Below, in pieces: positions 1 to 8,982 of a stretch of DNA of 64,000 bases. Source of the DNA: a virus (taxonomy: Duplodnaviria > Caudoviricetes). Where the stretch lies: the IMG/VR virus record IMGVR_UViG_3300028601_000021, positions 92,030-156,029 of that record; one strand, written 5' to 3'. The position numbers and the translations under genes were made by a program. The notes below the pieces were generated by a model, which saw only the letters and a list, made by a program, of their open reading frames with translations, was not told the origin of the DNA and made no database searches. Each line of letters opens with the position of its first letter. Within the stretch, counting starts at the first letter, position 1.

Positions 1-1098
1 ATTACCATGGTCTATCCTACCATTCTTGATACAAAGAGCACAGAATTCTTTGATCAGAGTTTCGTCTCTTACTCGGCTGTGATTGAGATTTAAGGACTTC
101 AGTAGAGTACCCTTGTATAGCTGATTTCTACTGTTTGGACCATCTCCACCACTAGTCACAAAGCCAAATAATTTACGATTTAATCCATCTGCAGGTTCTG
201 TGTAGATATTGAAATCTTTGAATTGATTCTCATCTCTACACTGCACTGCTCTATTATAAATCCTAGTCCAAGGATTAATACCTCTATTGACTAAGTCATC
301 GATGATGTAATCTAAGATAGCTCTACCAGTAGACTTAGCTTCAGGTATATAAACCATATTTGGATAAGTGACCATGAGATCAGCAGCACGTCTAGCTAAT
401 CGTATGATATTACTATCGTTACATCTCAGAGTACCGACTACGCCCATATCAGCAGGGTCCATAATAACAAAGCTAGTATAGTCATTACCGATCTGCTCTC
501 CACTATCCATGCTGAGGATAAGACTTTTATTTTTAAAATCAGCAGTATCCAATACCTCTTTATGAACATACCACCTAGTCATGTAGTTATCTTCCATATC
601 TATGTGTTTAGGTTCCTTCATAGATTGATGGATGAGCTTTAATAAGTTTGGTGGGATAGGACCGAATTCCTGACCTGCTTTCCATAAGTTTAAATAGTCA
701 CGATCCACATCTTCCTGTGAACTAGCAGAAGTACGTAACACTACTTCTCGTAACCAGGCATCAGTCTTACCTAACTGTCTATGACTAAAGACAGCATAGA
801 CCATAGTCTTACCTTTAGCACTATTCTTCTTAACTAGATCTATTAAGTCTGGCTTATCTTTACAGTCGTACATACGTTCAGTAAATGCAGCAGCTTCGTT
901 GAATAAGTTAAAAGCAAATCTACCAGTTTCAGTATCTGGTCTACCAGCAGTAGTCGTATAGATGTTACCATGTCTCTTACCGGCTTTAGCGGCATCTTCA
1001 CCTGCACGGATAGTAGCAGCGATAAGAGTAGGGAAGGTAATCCATATATAGTTAAAGTAAGCTATTTCGTCTATGTGCGCTGTAGGAACTGTCGCTCC
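1..1098 (-). CDS. terL: Terminase large subunit, exon 2 (runs off window start)
   Basis: Manual translation from 1098 gives GATVPTAHIDEIAYFNYIW (Walker B HIDE), then NIYTTTAG, and IKNGRIDHGN at the window edge in the same frame. These are phiKZ-type TerL motifs. Not in the ORF track. Confidence 0.9.
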
Positions 1099-1404
1099 CA
1101 TTTGGTGTTACGATAGAACCGATTCCGTTCCACCTCTGTACATTGGTTTGTACAGATCAGACTATATCACAACCCATAGTTTTGGTTATGGGTCCCTACT
1201 ATTTCGAGACCTCTTGGTCCCTACGCTACTCATTCCCAGCAGACTCCGTTTCGTCTACCTTGTTTTCGCTAGTCGTTAGGCTTATGCCTAGACGATGATG
1301 ATCATCTAGGTTAGCACGGTAGGTTATCCCAATGATAGGACTTTCCCCGTTTAAGTAGGTTTTTTATACTAGATTACTCTAGTAGGCCGCAGAGTTGACA
1401 GTTT
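1099..1404 (-). ncRNA. Group I self-splicing intron (306 nt, no internal ORF) in terL
   Basis: P1: exon GGCCGU pairs with intron GCGGCC, with U-G at the splice site. P3 CCUACU/AGUAGG; P7 GACUA/UAGUC within GAUAUAGUC; terminal G at 1099. Splicing restores in-frame KLGR|GATVPTAHIDE. Confidence 0.9.
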
Positions 1405-2070
1405 ACGGCCCAATTTATAGGCATCACGTTCATTGTTAGAGTTTACATAGGTACGATACTGATTCTTAAGGGCAGTATAAGACAGACCTTCTTTAGCATC
1501 TTTATCTTTACTGAAAGCATCTTTCTGCAATAGATAGCTAGGTAAAGCATCCCTGATATCTTTTAGACGAGTGACGTTGTCCTGGAGTAGACTTTGGTCC
1601 TTAGTCATCATAGCGATATCGAATTTATAACCTTGGAAATACATCTGATGGGACATGATACCCTGAGTACCCATAGTCTTACCAGTCTGTCGAGGTTGCA
1701 CTAATCCGATATCGATATCGTTGTAATACAACCAGATAAGAGCTAAGTTACCACGGTGGAATTCAAAAGGGATAGCTTCACCACCAGTAGTAGGAATATG
1801 CACTACTTCTCTGAAATAATACCAATGGTTTCTTTGACATTCAAAAAATATACGACTAACTATTTCTGGTGTAAGGTTAGCTGGGTTATGTGGATCTATG
1901 TGCATGAGTAAAGGATCATGGATAGCCAACATAAACTGATTATTCTTCACACCCATGGTTTTTAATACACGAGATATATGAATAGCTGAGATATTCTTAG
2001 TGGTCTCGTGTATAGTAGCTGGGTATTTATACCAGTCTTCTTGAAATTGTATAGTGGGTAATAGCTTCAT
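1405..2070 (-). CDS. terL: Terminase large subunit, exon 1 (ATPase N-terminus)
   Basis: NHWYYFREV, FHRGNLA and Walker A PRQTGKT. The listed ORF 1369..2070 reads on into the intron (KLSTLRPTRVI*). Confidence 0.9.
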
Positions 2071-2178
2071 GTGAGCCCATCCTATGTATGGTTCTGACCA
2101 TATTTTACAAAGAGATACTTATAAGGCTATAAAGATAGTCTTTAAAATTTAGCCGATATGATTAAGAGGTAGGTGTAT

Positions 2179-4614
2179 ATGGCTTCACCTTATTTATTGA
2201 AAGGTTTCTATAAGAAAGGTCCGGGTGGTAACAGTCAGTTAGTAAGGTTTGGGTCTGATGCTATTGTGTTGGAAAGTGGAGCTACTCTTACTAGCCACAT
2301 AAATGACATGTCGGCCCATTTACCTTTCTCCGATATAGAAAATGCTATTATCCAAAGGATACATGCTGCTATCGGTAGAGTACTAGATGGTGGTGACGGT
2401 AGTAGTTTATTGAATAAACATGCTACTATGCGTTTATTATCCGAAGATATCTCATTGGTATCTAATAAAGTAAATGGTTTTTTGACAGATTTAGCCGATG
2501 GTGGGGTGATAGATAAGTTATCCGAATTGGTTTCTAAATTAGATCTACATGATACTGGTATATCGAATATACAAACATCTATTTCAGTATTACCTAGTTT
2601 AGTATCTCAACTGAATACAGCCATAGTAGATATATCTAACACCAACAACAATCTCAATGCTCTATCTGATACTGTCGATACATTAATACCTCTATTGGAT
2701 CAATACACGACAGTAGTGAATACGCTTACTACTATTCAGGCAGCTATAACCAGTATCAATGGATCTATTGCGGTGATACCGTCTTTAAGCGATACTACCG
2801 CTGCTCATACTGCAGCTATATCGACTATTAACGACACACTAACCACCGCAGTAACTAATATAGATACTCTATTGCCACTGATAGCTAATTACAATACATT
2901 ATTAGCTACCGTTACCTCTCAAGGTATGGGAATAGATAGTCTACAGACTGCAATGGCCGGTATCGGTACCAATGTCACTTCTCTGAATAGTGAAGTAACT
3001 GCGTTGTCGGATGATCTAAATGACACTAAAGTAGTAGTCACGTCTCAAGGTACTAAGCTAGCTACTTTAGAAAGTGATTTAGCTACGACGGTATTATCTG
3101 TTTCGAACAATGCCACAGATATAGACACCATAGAGTCTACTTTAGTTAGTCATACTAGTTCTATTGCTGATTTAGAAAATGAGTTATCTACAGTAACAAA
3201 TACAGTAAATACTCATACTCTAGAATTGACAGATATCAATGCGGATATCACTAATCTACAAACAACTACGGATACATTAAACTCTAGCTTGGTCATAACT
3301 AATCAACATATATCTGCATTAGAAACCTCACAAGCTACACAAGATTTAATCTTATCTAATATAAACGATGCATTGGTCACTGTTGGGTCAGAGATAGATA
3401 CTCTGGAAGATATATCCAATAGCAATGCGACTACTATTGTGGGATTGACATCTGCACTTCAGGCTACTCAAACAGTAGTGGCTACTCAAGGTAGTGATAT
3501 AGTGGCATTGAACACGGAAGTGGATTCTATATCGAATACAGTAGAGGAGCTAGTTTCTAACATCTCACCTAGAGTAATAGGTGTTTGTCATTATGCAGGA
3601 GCCAATGCTCTTAATAATTTTAGACATATAAATCAAGAAGGTAATTTCCTTTCTGGATTTAAATATTACACTAGTGCCATCTACACAGATAAGATGCGGG
3701 ATGTGGTTATTGGTGGCGATCATATGAAAGAGATAGATACTCTTTATATAAAGACATCCATATCCGGTCCCGTAGGTACCGATAGTGAAGGAAAGAAATG
3801 TTGGTGGATATCACCAGATCCACTACCTGGATTTAGACCTATGCTGGCCTTTAAAAGAGATGGCGTAATTAAGCCACACGTGTATATTGGTAAATACATG
3901 GGCTATTACAGTACTCCAGAGACACAGCCGACTACAGGGTATAGTAGATCTACTTATGAAAATAATTTAGCTACTTACAAGAATGTAGATGGTGTAACTG
4001 GTTTTCGTATGGTGGATATTTACGATTTGGGTTTATTGCGTACCCTATTGTTAGTATTTGGTGGTAGCGCTGATGTAAAGACAGTTTGGGGTGATAACTT
4101 TTCTAATGTAGTTAAACCAGATACAGGTAGTACTGGTGCTAAAGCTCTAGGTATATTCGATTTATGGCGTTCTTATCATTATTGTATCGATAAATTAAAA
4201 GTCAGTAGAGATAGAAAAATAGAATTAGTGAATCCTTTCACTGGAGCTACTATTTATACTGACCTAGATATGCCATATAGTACAGCGAATCGTTATTTAT
4301 CCGAAATAGTATTAGGAGATTTACAGATAGGTGAAGATATCCATAATTATATGGAATTATTCTTACCTGCTGCATTTGTCACTGATATCAGAGATGCTGC
4401 TTTTATGGACGGTGTGAGATTCACTAGTTCCAGTGCTAATTCTGAAAAAGATGTATATATAGGTGGTTCTCCAAGAGATAGTAGCACTGACTACATTTCT
4501 CCAGGTGGTGTCACTGATAAAACAAGATTATTTTGTGGTATCTTTATGTGTGTTATGGAACACAATGTTAATCACACTAGCTCCTATGGATCTATGCGAT
4601 TAGCTAAATCGTAA
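2179..4614 (+). CDS. Putative tail fibre / receptor-binding protein (coiled-coil shaft plus C-terminal globular domain)
   Basis: About 350 aa of T/S/N/D-rich heptad repeats, then a domain with AFKRDG..HVYIGKY and a terminal GSMRLAKS reminiscent of C-type-lectin/FGE-fold phage proteins. Confidence 0.6.
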   Translation: MASPYLLKGFYKKGPGGNSQLVRFGSDAIVLESGATLTSHINDMSAHLPFSDIENAIIQRIHAAIGRVLDGGDGSSLLNKHATMRLLSEDISLVSNKVNGFLTDLADGGVIDKLSELVSKLDLHDTGISNIQTSISVLPSLVSQLNTAIVDISNTNNNLNALSDTVDTLIPLLDQYTTVVNTLTTIQAAITSINGSIAVIPSLSDTTAAHTAAISTINDTLTTAVTNIDTLLPLIANYNTLLATVTSQGMGIDSLQTAMAGIGTNVTSLNSEVTALSDDLNDTKVVVTSQGTKLATLESDLATTVLSVSNNATDIDTIESTLVSHTSSIADLENELSTVTNTVNTHTLELTDINADITNLQTTTDTLNSSLVITNQHISALETSQATQDLILSNINDALVTVGSEIDTLEDISNSNATTIVGLTSALQATQTVVATQGSDIVALNTEVDSISNTVEELVSNISPRVIGVCHYAGANALNNFRHINQEGNFLSGFKYYTSAIYTDKMRDVVIGGDHMKEIDTLYIKTSISGPVGTDSEGKKCWWISPDPLPGFRPMLAFKRDGVIKPHVYIGKYMGYYSTPETQPTTGYSRSTYENNLATYKNVDGVTGFRMVDIYDLGLLRTLLLVFGGSADVKTVWGDNFSNVVKPDTGSTGAKALGIFDLWRSYHYCIDKLKVSRDRKIELVNPFTGATIYTDLDMPYSTANRYLSEIVLGDLQIGEDIHNYMELFLPAAFVTDIRDAAFMDGVRFTSSSANSEKDVYIGGSPRDSSTDYISPGGVTDKTRLFCGIFMCVMEHNVNHTSSYGSMRLAKS

Positions 4615-4628
4615 ATAGTAACTAACTA

Positions 4629-4678
4629 AGGGATAAAGATATTATAGCGTAAGTTTAAACTATGATGTCTTTATCCCT
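4629..4678 (+). terminator. Hairpin followed by T-rich tract
   Basis: agggataaagatattatag...ctatgatgtctttatccct then aattttctttctttt. Confidence 0.55.
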
Positions 4679-4714
4679 AATTTTCTTTCTTTTAACCGTC
4701 ATGAGGAATTTTAA

Positions 4715-5278
4715 ATGCAAGCTAGAGTAAAAGATGTAAACGGAACTAAGATCATCACCGGTGGACCTTCTCCTGCCAAGATGAATTGTGGTCTGAATGA
4801 AAAGATCGTCCCGGCTAATGTCGATTATCCCGAGATGACTTCTCCTATCCTTTACATGTACACTGGTCCTACGATCACTATCGCTGCTGATGGTGAGTCT
4901 GTTGATGTCAAGTACACTGTCGTGGAAAAGTCCATCGAAGCTATCAAGGCTGATCTCCTGGCTCCTTTCGGTGCTGTGTTTGATGAGATCGACAAACGCA
5001 GTCTTCGTGCCGTCCGTAGTATCCTTACTGCCCAGGCTGGTGGTGGAGAAGCTGATCCTAAGGATATCGAGACTGCTTCTTTCTACGAGACTGGTGCTGT
5101 CACCAACCGTGCCATGGTAGCTGAAATCAATGCTGCTACTGAATTCTCTTTCTTCCAGGAAAACTACCAGCGTCTGGTGCCCTTTAAGCCTTGGGATGCC
5201 ATTATGGTAGAAGTTCCTGCTGAAGAGACTCCTGAAGCTCCTGTCGAAGAACCGCCTGTCGAAGAGCCTGTCGTTTAG
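4715..5278 (+). CDS. Hypothetical protein, possible tail-fibre assembly chaperone
   Basis: SD GAGGA, biased codon usage, follows the fibre gene; FDEIDKRSLRAVR segment; acidic P/E tail. Confidence 0.45.
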   Translation: MQARVKDVNGTKIITGGPSPAKMNCGLNEKIVPANVDYPEMTSPILYMYTGPTITIAADGESVDVKYTVVEKSIEAIKADLLAPFGAVFDEIDKRSLRAVRSILTAQAGGGEADPKDIETASFYETGAVTNRAMVAEINAATEFSFFQENYQRLVPFKPWDAIMVEVPAEETPEAPVEEPPVEEPVV

Positions 5279-5301
5279 TATCGGTAAGGTACAAAAGTAT
5301 A

Positions 5302-5337
5302 CTACTAGAGGAGTACCCTTCGGTACTCCTCTAGTAG
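5302..5337. terminator. Perfect 16-bp palindrome between convergent genes
   Basis: ctactagaggagtacc-cttc-ggtactcctctagtag. Confidence 0.75.
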
Positions 5338-5350
5338 CTTATACGACTAA

Positions 5351-6094
5351 TTATTTCCTAGCAAACTCGTCATAATAAATGACCTTTTCGCTGTTCGTAT
5401 TCCAAATCTCTGTTACGTCTTCTTTTGAAAGTAAGCCTAATTGTACAGCTCGCTCATAAAACGTAGCAAGATATCCTTCATACATAGGCATGTCCTGTAA
5501 GATCTCAGTACTACCAAAGTACAGTGCACTGTACCTACGCATCTCTCTTTCCTTACAGAAACAGAACAGCATAGTTTCAGGTACACCACAACTACCAGTA
5601 GCTACAGCCTTGACAGGGCATCTGCAGGATAAGATAGCAGAAACAATAGCACCGACGATACAAGTCTGTTCATTAGGTAATTTGTTACCTAAGTAAATAG
5701 TAACCGTATCTTCTTTACTACGGCTATCTAAGAATCTAGTGATCCTATTGATGTATTCATTAGTGAACCAATGTTCAGCTCTCAACCAAATACGGTAATT
5801 GTTACCGGTACGTCTGATAAAGATAGGCATGGGAGGAGGTCCCTGTCTACCCATAGCTGGATTCATCTGTGGTATATTTACTTTATTCTCTTTCTTATTG
5901 GAAAGTAAAGAAGAAAAGTAATCGTACTGTTCCATACCAGGTACAAGAGATTCATTAGCTATGATGACTTTATCATCATCGACGATAGTAGTTTCTACTT
6001 CTACTTTATCGATATCGTCCACCACTACTTCTGTCTCTACTTTAGGATCTTCCTCTACCATAGACAGGAGGTAATCAAATTCATTCGATGTCAT
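5351..6094 (-). CDS. ClpP-fold protein, catalytically degenerate (ClpR-like)
   Basis: Aligns by eye with the neighbouring ClpP (VTIYLGN / GAIVSAILSCRCPVKAVATGSCG). The Ser position is Val and the His position is Gly. Acidic N-terminus with IANESL. Confidence 0.6.
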   Translation of the reverse strand: MTSNEFDYLLSMVEEDPKVETEVVVDDIDKVEVETTIVDDDKVIIANESLVPGMEQYDYFSSLLSNKKENKVNIPQMNPAMGRQGPPPMPIFIRRTGNNYRIWLRAEHWFTNEYINRITRFLDSRSKEDTVTIYLGNKLPNEQTCIVGAIVSAILSCRCPVKAVATGSCGVPETMLFCFCKEREMRRYSALYFGSTEILQDMPMYEGYLATFYERAVQLGLLSKEDVTEIWNTNSEKVIYYDEFARK

Positions 6095-6881
6095 CTAACA
6101 TACCTCCCATATCTAAACGCTGATTCATATCCTGAGAAGAGATGAATACATTCTCTCTACCTACAGCGATACGTTCGAGTTCATCTTCAGTGATATGACC
6201 TTTCTTGGCAGCTACTGAGAGTAGACATTTCTTTACGTACTCTACCTGAGCAGCAGCCCTACTACGGATACCTTCACTATTACCAAAGTCCATGTGACTA
6301 GACATATGGTACATGAAGTTAGCCATAGGACCAGCGATACATACATGTCCAGCAGACCAAGCTAAGCTACCGGCACTGGCACAGAGACCTCTAGCGATAC
6401 AGAATACCTTACCTTTACAGGTATCAATACAGCTAGCGATAGCTGCACCAGTAGCTACATAACCACCAGGACTATCGATGTAGATATAAATCTTATCGTT
6501 CTCAGTCATCACTTCCAAGATATCCAGTAGATCGATATATTCATTTACGTCTCTGATTTGACCAGTGATATAAGCAGTGACTACTAAACCACCCTCTTTG
6601 TTCTTGTAAATGAATACAGGACAATAAGGCATAGCTTTAGCTGATTCGACATGAGGTTGACTATATTCCTGGAGATTAGCAATAGACATGGGATCAGTCT
6701 CTTCAATCAACTGCATATCACTACGGTATTCTTCATACCAAGGAACCATGGTGTCTTTAGTACTGGTAGGTACTTGCTCTTCACCGATATCGTCACCATC
6801 TTCATCTACGGGTATGGATACATCTTCCACATCCATATCTAAAGAGATACGTGAGATATTTGTTTTAAGATTTTTAAACAT
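6081..6881 (-). CDS. clpP: ClpP-like serine protease (peptidase S14)
   Basis: YIYIDSPGGYV, GLCASAGS (catalytic Ser) and FMYH (catalytic His); acidic N-terminal extension. Confidence 0.85.
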   Translation of the reverse strand: MFKNLKTNISRISLDMDVEDVSIPVDEDGDDIGEEQVPTSTKDTMVPWYEEYRSDMQLIEETDPMSIANLQEYSQPHVESAKAMPYCPVFIYKNKEGGLVVTAYITGQIRDVNEYIDLLDILEVMTENDKIYIYIDSPGGYVATGAAIASCIDTCKGKVFCIARGLCASAGSLAWSAGHVCIAGPMANFMYHMSSHMDFGNSEGIRSRAAAQVEYVKKCLLSVAAKKGHITEDELERIAVGRENVFISSQDMNQRLDMGGMLDDIE

Positions 6882-6887
6882 AATGAC

Positions 6888-7694
6888 CTATCTCCTTAAA
6901 AGAGCGTGGTGTAAGCTATGGCGATTACCATCCTTACCGATAAAGGTCTTATGACCAGGGATATATTTAGCATCGATAGGAGTAGCGCTTCTAGTGATAC
7001 GGATATGCTTGGTACCGAATAACTGTACGAATTCAGTATCGGAAATGATAGAAGATTCCATACCTACTGCAGTATTGGATACAGGGAAATCTTCAGGTCT
7101 GAGTTCTAATGATTCAGTGGCAGGAGAGAAACGCTTACTGGCTTCTTTAAATCCACCACTATGAACAGAATCAAAAGTAACCAAGATCTGGATATCACGT
7201 ACTCGCTGACCTGTAGAAGGATTGACAGTTTCCTGACAAAGACTACGTACAGAGAAGCTGGTATTCTCATGAGGATTCTCAAGAGATTCTTTTAGATAAG
7301 GACCATAAGGACCAGAAGGCTTGAGATCTCCCAGTACAAGTACACCACCATTAGCTAAAGCTTCAGTAGCAGTATATACTTTTCTGAAATGATGAGATTC
7401 TTTCTGCTTACAGATTTCCATAAGACGAGTGAGATCTTCCTTAGTACGGACAGGAGGATGGTCACATTCGCCATAGAGACTACCAGCTTTCAGCATCATA
7501 TTAAATCTACTAGTGGGATCAGTGATGCATTTGATCGTCGGTTCCGGATTATAGAAGAAATCATTGAGAGTAGGTACACCTAATACCATCAACGGTACAC
7601 CTCTGTAATAACCATCGGCATCTGGTTTAAGTGCCTTTAGTTTCTTACCATCCATGGTATCCATGGTTTCCACTACGAAATAATATTTAGTCAT
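6888..7694 (-). CDS. Prohead (head maturation) serine protease, phiKZ gp175-like
   Basis: LYGECDHPP, KPSGPYG, NTSFSVRSL and TFDSV motifs; C-terminal ATES/GMES candidate autocleavage sites. Confidence 0.8.
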   Translation of the reverse strand: MTKYYFVVETMDTMDGKKLKALKPDADGYYRGVPLMVLGVPTLNDFFYNPEPTIKCITDPTSRFNMMLKAGSLYGECDHPPVRTKEDLTRLMEICKQKESHHFRKVYTATEALANGGVLVLGDLKPSGPYGPYLKESLENPHENTSFSVRSLCQETVNPSTGQRVRDIQILVTFDSVHSGGFKEASKRFSPATESLELRPEDFPVSNTAVGMESSIISDTEFVQLFGTKHIRITRSATPIDAKYIPGHKTFIGKDGNRHSLHHALLRR

Positions 7695-7746
7695 GAGAAT
7701 TCACACCTCTTTTTATAAAAAAATATAGACATAGATTACCTATACC

Positions 7747-7788
7747 ATAGAGGATACCAGTACTTTTTAGGTAGCTGGTATCCTCTAT
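7747..7788. terminator. Intergenic palindrome
   Basis: atagaggataccag...ctggtatcctctat. Confidence 0.65.
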
Positions 7789-7792
7789 AGTT

Positions 7793-8224
7793 TTAGCATC
7801 TGTCATCCATCCCGTGTTGTTCTAACAGAAATCTCATCTTCCTGTTAATATCAGCCACAGTAGGAGAATCATTTTCTCCAGCACAGACCATGTTCATTGC
7901 CACTCTAGCTCTGAGTTCAGTGCTAGCTTCGGGGTACTGATTACCGCATTCTTCACATACATATCGGTATACGTCGAATTTAGTTACATGAGATTTCACT
8001 ACAGTGTGCTTTCTCACGTACATAGTACCTCTACATTTGTGGCAGCAGAAATCCACCATCGGATATTCAGGATGATCCATATCACCTTCGATGATTTCAT
8101 TGTAACTATCGATGCTGTCGATATCCTCTTTGGTATATCCATTCTGATTAAAGGCATCAGCGATGTCATCACCTTCCATCAGTACCTTTTCCCCATTCTT
8201 CCATCGGATCAAATAAGTGGACAT
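7793..8224 (-). CDS. Hypothetical zinc-ribbon protein
   Basis: CHKC and CEEC pairs; SD GAGGAG; own upstream promoter motif. Confidence 0.65.
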   Translation of the reverse strand: MSTYLIRWKNGEKVLMEGDDIADAFNQNGYTKEDIDSIDSYNEIIEGDMDHPEYPMVDFCCHKCRGTMYVRKHTVVKSHVTKFDVYRYVCEECGNQYPEASTELRARVAMNMVCAGENDSPTVADINRKMRFLLEQHGMDDRC

Positions 8225-8266
8225 AAGTAAAGCTCCTCTATGGGTTTAAGTAGTTTATATCAAATA

Positions 8267-8278
8267 AATGATATATAT
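8267..8278 (-). promoter_or_regulatory. Early-promoter-like motif (variant ATATATATCATT)
   Basis: Variant of the repeated TATATATTACT motif upstream of 7793..8224. Confidence 0.5.
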
Positions 8279-8300
8279 CTCAAATAATTTGATATGACTA

Positions 8301-8978
8301 CTAAGCTCGTAACTGTAATTCGATAGCCGATGCTTGATCACTTTTATTGATCAATGCACTATTCAAACTAGCATTACTATAACTACCCAGGAGCTTACTC
8401 ATAGTGTCGTCAGGACCGTAGGCCACGTTACGTATTCCGATGAATATGGGAGGCTTTTTCATGTCCGTATGTCGGTACTTTTTAAAGACATCTTGACCAT
8501 CTCTAAATAAATGACTATAAAGAGTTTCAAAGACTACGTGGTTGATACCAAAGTTGATATCACATACTTCTGCAATCTTATCAAACAACCAAGGTATGTT
8601 TTCGTAAGTAATGAATTTAGGTAGACGACCTAAAGCTACAAACTCTACCCACAGTACATAAGCTAGCTTATCGTTACGTACGATATCATTGGTGACCATT
8701 ATCTTATCACCCTTATGTAACTCCACTACCAAATACTGATCTTCATCGATAGTTTCATTATAGGTATCACTAGGGGATATACTGATAACTGCAGTAAGTA
8801 ATAGACCCAACTCTACTTTATCATCTATCACCATATGAAATACACCAACAGTATTGATAGTATCCGTCTGAGTTAATAGGTCATGAGCTTCATAACGCTT
8901 AGGTATATAACACTTACAGACATCCCCTGTAAATATCGTACAATTAGACTTCTCGTCTTTCACAAAGTATTTATTCAT
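8301..8978 (-). CDS. Virion RNA polymerase beta-prime C-terminal fragment (phiKZ gp176-like)
   Basis: NHVVFETLYSHLFRD...IGIRNV..DTMSKLLGSY..LNSALIN resembles the beta-prime C-terminus; lies near the prohead protease as in phiKZ. Confidence 0.6.
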   Translation of the reverse strand: MNKYFVKDEKSNCTIFTGDVCKCYIPKRYEAHDLLTQTDTINTVGVFHMVIDDKVELGLLLTAVISISPSDTYNETIDEDQYLVVELHKGDKIMVTNDIVRNDKLAYVLWVEFVALGRLPKFITYENIPWLFDKIAEVCDINFGINHVVFETLYSHLFRDGQDVFKKYRHTDMKKPPIFIGIRNVAYGPDDTMSKLLGSYSNASLNSALINKSDQASAIELQLRA

Positions 8979-8982
8979 AGGG

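Noticed and set aside
1073-1279. 68-aa + strand ORF inside the intron as a possible homing endonuclease
   Set aside because: Antisense to the intron, short, and without HNH, GIY-YIG or LAGLIDADG motifs.
1369-1404. Stop-codon readthrough or alternative genetic code to explain the split terminase
   Set aside because: The intervening sequence is explained by group I intron structure, and other genes are intact under the standard code.
2179-4614. Complete diversity-generating retroelement
   Set aside because: No reverse transcriptase or template repeat visible in this window.
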